Assembly (NCBI GenBank): GCA_964492775.1
Contig: CAZBLH010000002.1
Span: 1-60,614 of the forward strand
Origin: an uncultured Eubacteriales bacterium
GTDB taxonomy: Bacteria; Actinomycetota; Coriobacteriia; Anaerosomatales; PHET01
Direction of reading: 5' to 3'
DNA length: 60,614 nt
The position numbers were made by a program, and so were the translations under genes. The notes beneath the pieces were generated by a model, which was given only the letters and a program-made list of their open reading frames with translations, was not told the origin of the DNA and made no database searches. Below, piece by piece: positions 18,682-27,518 of the stretch (the first letter of the stretch is position 1; each line of letters starts with the position of its first letter).

Positions 18682-20820
18682 ATGCTGCTCGGAACGATGA
18701 GTTTGGCTTTGGGGCTCGTCGCCACGATCGTCGCGGTGCTTGCGCTTGCGTGGGGTCATCGACTAGGGCCCAAGGCCGGCGAGTCCGTCACCAACATCGG
18801 CTACTTCGCTACGTTCGGCGGCGTCATCGCCTATACGGTTGCGGTGCTCACGATCGTGACCGCGTTCTTCGGGGACAACTTCAGCTTTCTCTACGTAGCC
18901 GAGAACCACTCGACGGACGTGTCGAGCCTGTCATGGCTCTACACGCTTTCCGGATTGTGGGCGGGCCGTGAGGGTTCGCTTCTCTTCTGGGCGTGGCTGA
19001 TCTCGGTCTTCGCGGCCTACATCGCGTACCGGCGCATGGACAAGACCGACGCGCTGTCCAACATGGGCCTGCTCGTCACGAACATCGTGCTCGGCCTGTT
19101 CTCGTCGGCCATGCTCTTCGCCGATATCAACAACCCCTTCAAGGCTACTCCCGCGAGCATGCTTGGCCCCAATGGTGAGCTTCTGGCGAACACGGCCATG
19201 AACCCGTTGCTGCAGCACTGGGCCATGATCCTGCACCCGCCGACGCTATTCATCGGCTATGCGGGTCTCACGATCCCGTTCGCGTTTGCGATGGCCGCCC
19301 TTATCGTCAATGACCCTTCCAAGAAGTGGGTCGAGATCGTCGACCGCATCACGCTGTTCTCGTGGCTGTTTCTTGGCGTCGGCATCGGCTTGGGCTCGGT
19401 CTGGGCATACGTAGTGCTCGGATGGGGCGGTTACTGGGCATGGGACCCGGTGGAGAACGCTTCGCTGTTGCCATGGCTTACCGGCGTGGGCCTCATTCAC
19501 AGCTTCACGGTCTACCGGCGGCGGGATGGTTTCAAGCGCTGGGCGATCGTCAACGCTACCGTGACGTTCTCGCTCGTCATCCTTGGCACGTTCATCACGC
19601 GCTCGGGCATCGTGCAGTCAGTGCACGCATTTCAGGCGGACTCCTTCTCGACCTACCTGTTCGGGTTCATGATCTTCGGCCCCCTCGTGGCGTTGGCCGC
19701 AGGTCTCTTTGTCCGTGGCAATTCGTTCGACGGCAATGACGATTTCGAGTCGCTTACGAGCAAGGAAGCCGCTTACTACTTCAACAACGTGCTGATGCTG
19801 ATTGCCGCTGTGATCGTGGCGTACATGACGGTCTCCTCGGCGCTGCCCTCATGGTTGCCGTTCGGTGGACAGTCGATCGGCGCGACCACCTACGACCTGC
19901 TCGCGCGGCCCGTCGGTATCCTCTACGCGTTCATTCTGGCCGTTTGCCCGATCCTGGCGTGGCGCAAGACCGACGCGGCCACGTTCTGGAACCGTGCACG
20001 CTGGCCGTTCGTGGCAGCTGCGGTGATCTTCGCGCTCCTCGTTGCCGAGTGGTACGTGAACCTGAGGCCCATCTACGACTTCATGGTCGCCCAGGGCGGG
20101 AAGGGTGCCGCAGGGTTCGTGGCGTTCGGCCCGAGCTGGGTCTACCACGGGCTCGCACTGCTGGCCTTCGCCGCCGCATCGCTCATCATCGCCAACGGAC
20201 TGTGGCTCTTCGTGGACGGCGCGCGCAAGCGTGCTGCCTCCAAAGGCGAGAACTTCTTCTCGGCGCTTTGGGAGATCATCACCAAGGCCCGCACCCAGTC
20301 GGGCGGCTACATCGCCCACCTCGGCATCGGCATCATCCTGATCGGCCTTGTCGGCTCGGCGATGTACGTCCGTGACGTCAAGGTCCTGCTGCCGGCCCAG
20401 GAGGGCTCGAGCTTCGAGGTCTCCAACTACTCGTTCACGTTCCAAGGCACCTCGACCAACGAGCTGCCGAACGGCGACGTCGAGTCGGTTGCGACCTTCG
20501 AGGTGTACCGTGACGGCCAGCGGCTCGGCACGGTGACCCCGGGCCTGACCACGTTTGCCCGTCAGAACCAGACGCGGCTGAACGCCGCCGTGTTGTCCGA
20601 GGCGCTCCGCGACATCTTCATGGTATGGGAGGGCACGCAACAGGGTGAGGGCGGCGAGGCACAGCTCTCGCTCAACGTGAAGATCAACCCGCTCATCTGG
20701 TTTGCTTGGAGCGGCTTCGGGATCCTGCTCGTAGGCTCGGCGCTTGCCACTTGGCCGCGTCGACGCCAGCTCGAGCCGGTTCCGGCGGGTAAGTCGCGCG
20801 CCAAGGGCGCAGCCAAGTAG
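18682..20820 (+). CDS. ccmF: Cytochrome c synthase subunit CcmF
   Basis: WAGREGSLLFW, MNPLLQH..MILHPP, WGGYWAWDPVENAS, TRSG..SVHAF. Confidence 0.96.
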   Translation: MLLGTMSLALGLVATIVAVLALAWGHRLGPKAGESVTNIGYFATFGGVIAYTVAVLTIVTAFFGDNFSFLYVAENHSTDVSSLSWLYTLSGLWAGREGSLLFWAWLISVFAAYIAYRRMDKTDALSNMGLLVTNIVLGLFSSAMLFADINNPFKATPASMLGPNGELLANTAMNPLLQHWAMILHPPTLFIGYAGLTIPFAFAMAALIVNDPSKKWVEIVDRITLFSWLFLGVGIGLGSVWAYVVLGWGGYWAWDPVENASLLPWLTGVGLIHSFTVYRRRDGFKRWAIVNATVTFSLVILGTFITRSGIVQSVHAFQADSFSTYLFGFMIFGPLVALAAGLFVRGNSFDGNDDFESLTSKEAAYYFNNVLMLIAAVIVAYMTVSSALPSWLPFGGQSIGATTYDLLARPVGILYAFILAVCPILAWRKTDAATFWNRARWPFVAAAVIFALLVAEWYVNLRPIYDFMVAQGGKGAAGFVAFGPSWVYHGLALLAFAAASLIIANGLWLFVDGARKRAASKGENFFSALWEIITKARTQSGGYIAHLGIGIILIGLVGSAMYVRDVKVLLPAQEGSSFEVSNYSFTFQGTSTNELPNGDVESVATFEVYRDGQRLGTVTPGLTTFARQNQTRLNAAVLSEALRDIFMVWEGTQQGEGGEAQLSLNVKINPLIWFAWSGFGILLVGSALATWPRRRQLEPVPAGKSRAKGAAK

Positions 20821-20823
20821 CGT

Positions 20824-21555
20824 ATGGCCGCATCAGACTCCACGACACTGGCACTCGAAGTCTCGGATCTCTCTCGAGTCTTCGGCGCGCGCAAGGCGCT
20901 CGACCGTGTGAGCCTTGAGCTGCCTGCGGGGTCCTTCCTCTCGATCTTCGGCCCGAACGGGGCGGGGAAGACCACATTTCTGAAGATACTCTCGACGCTC
21001 GCCGTCCCCTCATCAGGGACGGCGCGCGTGCTCGGTCTGAACACGACCGAGGACGCCGTTGAGCTGCGTGAGCGGATTGGCTTCATCAGTCACAACCCGC
21101 TGCTCTACCCTGACCTAACCGCCGAGGAGAACCTGCAGTTCTTCGCCGAGATCTACTGCATCGAGAGGCCCGCCGAGCGCATTCGCGAGCTGCTGACCGC
21201 GGTCGAGCTCGATCACCGCAGGCTGGACCTCGTGCGGACGTTCTCCCGTGGCATGCTGCAGCGGCTGTCGATCGCCCGAGCGCTTCTGCACGAGCCCGAG
21301 GTGATCTTCCTCGACGAGCCGTACTCCGGTCTCGACCCGCACGCCGCCGACATCCTCGACTCGCTGATCGCCCAGATCCGCGAACGGCATACGTTCGTGA
21401 TGGTCAGCCATGACCTCACCAAGGGGCTTGAGTTGTGCACCCACGCTCTGATCCTTGCGAAGGGTAAGGTCGTGCTCTTCGAGCCGCGTGCCGAGATCGA
21501 TGAGGCCGAGTTCGCGTCCCTGTATCGCGCGACCGTCGGGATGGGGGTGTCCTAA
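20824..21555 (+). CDS. ccmA: Heme export ABC ATPase CcmA
   Basis: GPNGAGKTT, FSRGMLQR, FLDEPYSGLD; ccm context. Confidence 0.92.
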   Translation: MAASDSTTLALEVSDLSRVFGARKALDRVSLELPAGSFLSIFGPNGAGKTTFLKILSTLAVPSSGTARVLGLNTTEDAVELRERIGFISHNPLLYPDLTAEENLQFFAEIYCIERPAERIRELLTAVELDHRRLDLVRTFSRGMLQRLSIARALLHEPEVIFLDEPYSGLDPHAADILDSLIAQIRERHTFVMVSHDLTKGLELCTHALILAKGKVVLFEPRAEIDEAEFASLYRATVGMGVS

Positions 21556-21562
21556 GGCAGCC

Positions 21563-22315
21563 ATGTCCGAGACCCTTTCGCACTCGCAGAGCGCATCAGC
21601 GCGATCGCGCCAGTTGTCCTCTCTGCGCCAGTTCAAGGCGATCCTGCGCAAGGACATCGTCATGGAGCTGCGCACCAAAGAGATGCTAACCTCGATGGGC
21701 CTGTACGCGTTGTTGGTGCTCGTCGTCTACTTCATCGCGCTCCAGAGCGCGGGTCAGAACTTCGAGGTCAGGAAGATCGCAGCGGGACTGCTCTGGCTCG
21801 TCTTCATCTTCACCTCGTTGCTGGGGCTCAACCGCTCACTCGTCCACGAGAAGGACCAGGGCTGCCTCGACGCACTCCTGATTTCGCCGATCGACCGTCC
21901 GGTCATCTTCTTCGGCAAGGCCGTGGGCAACCTCGTCTTTCTCGTCATCGTCGAGGTGCTGATCGTCCCGCTCTTCTTCTTCATCTTCATGGCCCAGACC
22001 GGGGGCGTGTCCGCTGGTCAGATCGGACTCCTCGCTCTTGCGCTTCTGGCCGGATCGATCGGCATCGCGGGTGTCGGTACGCTGCTTGCAACGATGTCGG
22101 TGAATACGAAGGGCAAGGACTTCATCCTGGCCGTACTCTTCATCCCGATCATGTTTCCGTTGCTGCTGGCGGTCGTCTCGGCAACCTCCGCCCTCCTGAT
22201 GGGAGAGGTCGGCTTCGAGGCCGTGTACTGGCAGCGGATGGCTCTGGCCGGCGGCTACAATGGCATCATGCTGTTGGCCGCGTTTGCACTGTACGAGTTC
22301 GTGCTGGGCGCCTGA
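21563..22315 (+). CDS. ccmB: Heme export permease CcmB
   Basis: KDIVMELRTKE, EKDQGCLDALL, six TM helices; follows ccmA. Confidence 0.9.
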   Translation: MSETLSHSQSASARSRQLSSLRQFKAILRKDIVMELRTKEMLTSMGLYALLVLVVYFIALQSAGQNFEVRKIAAGLLWLVFIFTSLLGLNRSLVHEKDQGCLDALLISPIDRPVIFFGKAVGNLVFLVIVEVLIVPLFFFIFMAQTGGVSAGQIGLLALALLAGSIGIAGVGTLLATMSVNTKGKDFILAVLFIPIMFPLLLAVVSATSALLMGEVGFEAVYWQRMALAGGYNGIMLLAAFALYEFVLGA

Positions 22316-22345
22316 TCAACACAGCGCCGAGAAAGGACAGTCGAG

Positions 22346-23098
22346 ATGAAACAGCTGCGAGTCGCCATCGCGCTGGTACTGGTCGGAGGGCTACTGACGA
22401 CCGCAGCGTTCCTGATGGCGTTCCTGACAGCAGAGGTGCAGTCGTTCGGTGAGGTCACGTTCGAGCAGCCCATCGAGACCGCGTTCCCTGCACGGGGACA
22501 GTCGCCGGACGGTGGCTACACCTACGGCAGACCCTGGTTCAGCCAGAAGATCTTCTACTTCCATGTGCCGGTCGCCGAGGCGTCCTTCCTCGTGCTGCTT
22601 ATCTCGGCGTTCTTCGGCATCCGCTTCTTGACGACCAAGCGCGCCGAGTACGACACCAAGTCACGCATCGCGATGGAGACGGCGCTCATCTTCGTGGTGC
22701 TCACGATGATCACCGGCGTGCTCTGGACCCGCGCGTCCTGGGGGGTGTGGTGGGAATGGGAGCCTAGGCTCACCACCTACTTCATCATGATGCTGATGAT
22801 GATTGCGTACTTTGTGCTCCGCTCTTCGGTCGAGGAGGAGGAGCGCCGAGCCGTCTATGCGGCCGTGTTCGCCGTCATCGCGGCAATCAACGCACCGATA
22901 TCCTTCATGATCACGCGCATCATCCCGTCGAGCCACCCAGTTGTGTTCCAGTCGGGTATGGCTCCCTCGAACCTGCTGCCGTTCATCGTCGGCCAGATCG
23001 GCATGCTGATGATCGGGTACGGGATCTACACGGTCCGCATGACCGAGGAGCGCCTGCGCGAGCGGGTCGAGATCGCCAAGGAAGCCTTCGAAGGCTGA
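22346..23098 (+). CDS. ccmC: Heme export protein CcmC
   Basis: KIFYFHVP, WTRASWGVWWEWEPRLTT (WWD domain), C-terminal HP. Confidence 0.93.
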   Translation: MKQLRVAIALVLVGGLLTTAAFLMAFLTAEVQSFGEVTFEQPIETAFPARGQSPDGGYTYGRPWFSQKIFYFHVPVAEASFLVLLISAFFGIRFLTTKRAEYDTKSRIAMETALIFVVLTMITGVLWTRASWGVWWEWEPRLTTYFIMMLMMIAYFVLRSSVEEEERRAVYAAVFAVIAAINAPISFMITRIIPSSHPVVFQSGMAPSNLLPFIVGQIGMLMIGYGIYTVRMTEERLRERVEIAKEAFEG

Positions 23099-23123
23099 GA
23101 ACGTCTGAGAGGAGAGCGGACCA

Positions 23124-23309
23124 ATGCATCCAACCAACGCTGAGCTCTACGAGCTGGTCCTTACCGATGCACCCTTCGTCATCGCTGCCTACACCGTGTT
23201 GTGGGTCGCACTCGTCGGCTACGTGACGATCGTGCTGCGGCGGCTGGGGCAGCTGGAGAAGGAAGTCGGCGTTCTCGAGGAGTCAGTCGCTCGGCGCAAG
23301 AACTCCTAG
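23124..23309 (+). CDS. ccmD: CcmD-like small membrane protein
   Basis: FVIAAYTVLWVALVGYV TM followed by a charged helix; directly after ccmC; GGAG RBS. Confidence 0.75.
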   Translation: MHPTNAELYELVLTDAPFVIAAYTVLWVALVGYVTIVLRRLGQLEKEVGVLEESVARRKNS

Positions 23310-23378
23310 CCCGTTTCGGTGCCCGGAGCCGTATACTCGTTTCGTGAGAGGACTCCGGCCGGCGATGGGATCTGAACT

Positions 23379-24215
23379 GTGGAGCTAGCCTCATCGGTAC
23401 TGTTCTGGTTCGCGTTTGCGCTGTTCGTTGGCGCGACTGTGCTGTACTCATACCAGTTCGTCCTTAAGCGTTCGAGGGTCGTGTGGTGGGCGCGGTTGCT
23501 CACGGGGGCCGGCTTCCTGTGCCTGACGGGCTCCATTGTGACGGCCTCGATCGCCAATGGGCGCATGCTCTTCAGCGGGCGCAACCAGCTCGTTCTCGCA
23601 GCCTGGGCGCTCGTTCTCCTGTACTTCGTCCTTGAACACATCCTGCGCATCCGGGCCTACGGCGCGTTTCTGGTGCCCATCGGAGTCATCCTGCTGGCAA
23701 TATCGGTGCTGGCGCACAGATCGGGTGCTGCGCTCACGGCTGAGCAGGAGTTCCTGATCAGCAGCGCGGGCATTGGGTTCCACGTGCTGCTGATCGCGCT
23801 TGCCAACGCGGGCTTCGTTTTCGGTGCGATCTCCTCTGCGCTCTACCTCTACCAGAGCAGCCAGCTGAGGCTTCACCGATCCAATCGTGTCAGCCGAAGG
23901 TTGCCGTCGCTTGCCACACTGCAGACCGTCGCCCGCCGGTCCGTGTCGCTGGGCTTCCCTGTCTACGCCGCCGGGCTCACTTTGGGCGTCATCCGTGCGA
24001 TCCAGACGGACGTGGGTGGCTGGTGGGCGGACCCGCGCGTGATGATGGCGGGCATCGTATGGGCAACCTTCGCGGTCTTCCTGCTCACCGTATACCGCAA
24101 CAACGTCTCGTCACGCACGGGCGCATGGATATCCATAGTCGGCCTGGTCTTCGTGGTCATACTCGCGATTCTCGCGCGTACGGTCTCGGCCGGGTTCCAC
24201 GTCTTCGGCGTGTAG
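23379..24215 (+). CDS. CcsA/HemX-like heme-handling membrane protein
   Basis: About 8 TM, FHV, RLPSLATL, WWADPR, terminal GFHVF; TATACT upstream. Confidence 0.8.
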   Translation: MELASSVLFWFAFALFVGATVLYSYQFVLKRSRVVWWARLLTGAGFLCLTGSIVTASIANGRMLFSGRNQLVLAAWALVLLYFVLEHILRIRAYGAFLVPIGVILLAISVLAHRSGAALTAEQEFLISSAGIGFHVLLIALANAGFVFGAISSALYLYQSSQLRLHRSNRVSRRLPSLATLQTVARRSVSLGFPVYAAGLTLGVIRAIQTDVGGWWADPRVMMAGIVWATFAVFLLTVYRNNVSSRTGAWISIVGLVFVVILAILARTVSAGFHVFGV

Positions 24216-24228
24216 CTGGAGGAACACC

Positions 24229-25005
24229 TTGAGTGATCGGCACAAGCGCTACCTGCCCGTGTTCTTGGACCTTGCCGGACGCCGAGCGGTACTGATCGGC
24301 GAGAGCCCCGCGATCGACCGCCGAGTCCGCCAGCTCATGCGGTACGGGGCCGAGATAACGGTCATCACCCCCAAGGCCAGCGGCGCCTTGCGAGACGCTG
24401 CGGCACAGGAGCTACTGACGCTCCACGAGCGCGCCTATGTGCGCGGTGACCTTGATGGCGCGTTCTACGTGCAGTGCATGGTGAAGGACGAGGAGGTCTG
24501 CCGAGCGGTCTTTGAGGAGGGCGACGCTGCGGGCTGTCTCGTGAACGTGAGCGGCTCGGACGAGCTGCGCAACTTCTTGTTGCCGAGCGTGATCCACCGC
24601 GAGCCGCTGCAAGTGGCGATCTCGACCGGCGGCTGCGCTCCCGAGGCGGCCAAGGCCGTGAAGCAGGGAATCGAGGCCGCTCTGGGTCAGGAGTGGGTGG
24701 ACTGGATCAACCTCCTCATCGACGTGCGCGAGGCACCTATCTCGCCGAAGGACCCGCCTGACCAGCGCGAGCGTGAGATCGCTATCGTCGCTCGGGAGCA
24801 GACGCGGGAGCGCATCTTCACTGGGGAGTACCTCACCGCCCGCGACATCCAGGGTCAGGCCAAAGCCGAACGGTTGCGCGAGGACCTGCTCGCGAAGGCG
24901 GAGGCTGTGCTCACCGGTCCCAGCACTCAGCAAACGGACGAGGGCGAGGACGAGACCGGCGCCAGCGAGGGCGCGACCGACGCGAACGGTGATTCGGAAG
25001 CGTGA
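24229..25005 (+). CDS. Precorrin-2 dehydrogenase/ferrochelatase-like protein (SirC/Met8p/CysG-N), degenerate motifs
   Basis: YLPVFLDLAGR, GAEITVITP, LQVAISTGG.AP; lacks the GGG..A nucleotide motif. Confidence 0.75.
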   Translation: MSDRHKRYLPVFLDLAGRRAVLIGESPAIDRRVRQLMRYGAEITVITPKASGALRDAAAQELLTLHERAYVRGDLDGAFYVQCMVKDEEVCRAVFEEGDAAGCLVNVSGSDELRNFLLPSVIHREPLQVAISTGGCAPEAAKAVKQGIEAALGQEWVDWINLLIDVREAPISPKDPPDQREREIAIVAREQTRERIFTGEYLTARDIQGQAKAERLREDLLAKAEAVLTGPSTQQTDEGEDETGASEGATDANGDSEA

Positions 25006-25856
25006 GACCCCCCGCCTTATCCTCAACTCAAGGCCTCGCCGTCATCACCGGCGGCTCGAGTGGAATGGGTCTCGCCACTGCGAAGCAGCTCGCTGCGCGT
25101 GGCATGCGCGTGGTGATCGTCTCTCGCGATCCCGCCAAGCTGGCCGCAGCGCACGAACAGATCGCGAATGTGGCGTCGCACGGCAGTTACGTCGCGTCCT
25201 TCTCGGCGGATCTCTCGAACTGGGAGGCGACCGAGGCCGTCTTCGGCCGCATCACCTCCGAGTTTGGCGTGCCGGACGTGCTCGTGAACTCGGCAGGAGT
25301 GATCTACCCCGGCGAGTTCGTCTCCATGCCGCTCTCTGATTTTGAGATCAACATGACGTGCGGGTACTGGAGCGTCGTGTACCCGTGCCGAGCAGCAGCG
25401 CCACTCATGGCCGAGCGGGGGAGCGGGCACATCATCAACGTCTCGTCCGTCGCAGGCTTCTTGGGCATCTACGGCTACACGGGCTACTCCTCGGCGAAGT
25501 TCGCGGTCGTCGGTTTTTCCGAGGCGCTACGCTTCGAGATGCGGCCGGCTGGCGTGCGGGTCAGCTGCATCTGCCCGCCCGACACTGAGACCCCCGCTCT
25601 CGCGCTCGAGCACACCATGCGCCCGCACGAGACCGACGTCATCGCCGGAAACATCAAGCCGATACCAGCCGAGAAGGTCGCGGAGGCGATAGTGGCATCG
25701 ATCGGCCGGGACCGGTTCATGGTGATTCCGGACGCACTCTCGGCTTTCTACTTCCGGCTGAAGGGGCTGCTCCCCGAGGTCTTCCAAGCGATCGTCGACG
25801 GGGACGTGCGCAAGGCCCGGGCGGCCCGAACGACCGATGCGCGCAAGGGCGGATGA
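25002..25856 (+). CDS. Short-chain dehydrogenase/reductase, 3-ketodihydrosphingosine reductase (KDSR)-like
   Basis: TGGSSGMG, NSAG, SSVAG, YTGYSSAKFA, PPDTETP. Confidence 0.8.
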   Translation: MRPPALSSTQGLAVITGGSSGMGLATAKQLAARGMRVVIVSRDPAKLAAAHEQIANVASHGSYVASFSADLSNWEATEAVFGRITSEFGVPDVLVNSAGVIYPGEFVSMPLSDFEINMTCGYWSVVYPCRAAAPLMAERGSGHIINVSSVAGFLGIYGYTGYSSAKFAVVGFSEALRFEMRPAGVRVSCICPPDTETPALALEHTMRPHETDVIAGNIKPIPAEKVAEAIVASIGRDRFMVIPDALSAFYFRLKGLLPEVFQAIVDGDVRKARAARTTDARKGG

Positions 25857-25950
25857 GGCACGGAATCGGCTGGTGAATAGGCTTAATGAACCTTTCGGCA
25901 GGGGGTTTGCTTGCCCTCTGACGTGCGCGGGAGCTGGTAAGAGGGCTTGT

Positions 25951-26144
25951 GAGATGGTAGAATCGCGGAGTTCAGGCGAAAAGCTGGTGCGTTCAATGAA
26001 GAAGTTATACACCGCCCTCGCCGGGCCTGCTTGCCTGAACACCAACGCACCGCTCCGGCGAGGGCGTACCTATGTCCTGACGGGCCCGTGTCTCGGCGAC
26101 GAGGCGGGCGTAGACGATTCAATCGGTGAGGCGATCAAAGCCGC
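25951..26144 (+). promoter_or_regulatory. hemA extended -10 promoter and ~175-nt structured 5' leader (candidate regulatory RNA)
   Basis: TGnTAGAAT 25955-25963; 12-bp stem 26013-26024/26055-26066; crossing helices 25970-25979/26031-26040 and 25986-25993/26044-26051; GNRA hairpin 26084-26109. Confidence 0.7.
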
Positions 26145-27518
26145 ATGCATCTGACGCTTGTGGGGCTCAGCCACAAGACCGCTCCGGTCGCCATACGCGA
26201 GAAGCTCACGTTCTCCGAGAGTGCGCAAGCTGACGCGCTCACTCGGCTGACCGGCCTCAAGAGCGTCTCCGAGGCCGTCATCCTCTCGACGTGCAACCGC
26301 ACCGAGGTATACGCGCTCACCTCGGCATCCGTCGACGGCCCTGGCGCAATCATCGAGTTCCTCGCTGAGTACCATGACCTCGATCCTGTCGAGCTGACCC
26401 GTTATCTCTACATCGAGGAGGGTGAGGCGGTCGTTCGGCATCTGTTCCGCGTCGTGGCCTCGCTCGACTCCATGGTGCTCGGCGAAGCGCAGATTCTCGG
26501 GCAGGTGAAGGACGCCTACGAGGTCGCCTTCCAGAACCAGGCATGTGGGCGGGTGTTCAACCGCCTGTTCAGGCAATCGTTCGAGGTCGGCAAGCGTGTT
26601 CGTACCGAGACCGACATCGGCGAGAACGCCGTCTCGATCAGCTACGCGGCGATCGAGCTCACCAAGCGCGTCTTCGAGAAGCTTGAAGGACGCTGTGTCT
26701 TGGTGATCGGCGCCGGCAAGATGAGCGAACTCACCGCCAAGCACCTCGTGAGCAACGGCGTGCGGCGTGTCCTTGTCGCGAACCGCACCTTCGAGCGCGC
26801 GCGCGATCTCGCCGAGAAGTTCGGCGGCGAGGCAATCGAGTACGACAAGCTCTACGAGCGCATGCGCGAGGCCGACATCGTCATCTCCTCGACGGCTGCA
26901 ACCAGCTATGTGATCACCCGCGACGAAATCGCGCGCGTCGCGCGCCGCCGCCGCGATCCGCTGTTCCTGATCGACATCGCGGTGCCGCGTGACATCGACC
27001 CCGAGTGCGCGACCGTGCCCGACGTATTCCTCTACGACATCGATGCGCTGAACAACGTCGTCTCGGCGAACCTCGAGGAGCGGATGATCGAGGCGAAGCG
27101 CGCCGAGCTCATCATCGACGATGAGATCGCGTCCTTCGAGGCGTGGCTGGACTCGATGGAGGTCGTCCCGACCATCGCCGCGATCCGCACGAAGGCAGAG
27201 CAGGTGCGCGCCGAGGAGCTCGAGAAGGCTCTGAAGTGCCTCGGCGGGTTGTCGGAGAAGGAGCTGCAGGCGGTGGAGGCGCTGTCGTGCGCCATCGTCA
27301 ACAAGATGCTCCACGGCCCCACCGCGCGCCTCAAGAAGGTGGCCGCCGAGAAACACGGCTACAACTACGTACAAGCCGCCCGGTACCTGTACGGGCTCGA
27401 CACCAATCCTGATGGCAAGAACCCGCACTTGGGGCTTCTGAGGTCGCTGCTGGCCCGGGGAGAGAACACCTCCGGCGCCACGCCCGGCAACGAGATGGGA
27501 GACACCTGTGGCTACTAG
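26145..27518 (+). CDS. hemA: Glutamyl-tRNA reductase
   Basis: GLSHKTAP, LSTCNRTE, LDSMVLGEAQILGQVK, IGAGKM, DIAVPRD. Confidence 0.98.
   Translation: MHLTLVGLSHKTAPVAIREKLTFSESAQADALTRLTGLKSVSEAVILSTCNRTEVYALTSASVDGPGAIIEFLAEYHDLDPVELTRYLYIEEGEAVVRHLFRVVASLDSMVLGEAQILGQVKDAYEVAFQNQACGRVFNRLFRQSFEVGKRVRTETDIGENAVSISYAAIELTKRVFEKLEGRCVLVIGAGKMSELTAKHLVSNGVRRVLVANRTFERARDLAEKFGGEAIEYDKLYERMREADIVISSTAATSYVITRDEIARVARRRRDPLFLIDIAVPRDIDPECATVPDVFLYDIDALNNVVSANLEERMIEAKRAELIIDDEIASFEAWLDSMEVVPTIAAIRTKAEQVRAEELEKALKCLGGLSEKELQAVEALSCAIVNKMLHGPTARLKKVAAEKHGYNYVQAARYLYGLDTNPDGKNPHLGLLRSLLARGENTSGATPGNEMGDTCGY

Noticed and set aside
17807-26052. Inverted repeats flanking the ccm operon as an invertible DNA segment
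   Set aside because: The two complementary blocks are in swapped order and do not form one inverted repeat; no recombinase gene is in the window.
25996-26154. Possible leader peptide MKKLYTAL... overlapping the hemA start
   Set aside because: No clear SD and no informative codon run; the region is better explained by RNA structure. Ribosome profiling would be needed to exclude it fully.
26567-26576. Extra GTTCAGGCAA inside hemA and CAACGCACCG inside ccmC as further pairing sites
   Set aside because: Isolated 10-mers in coding sequence without the partner motif; could be chance.
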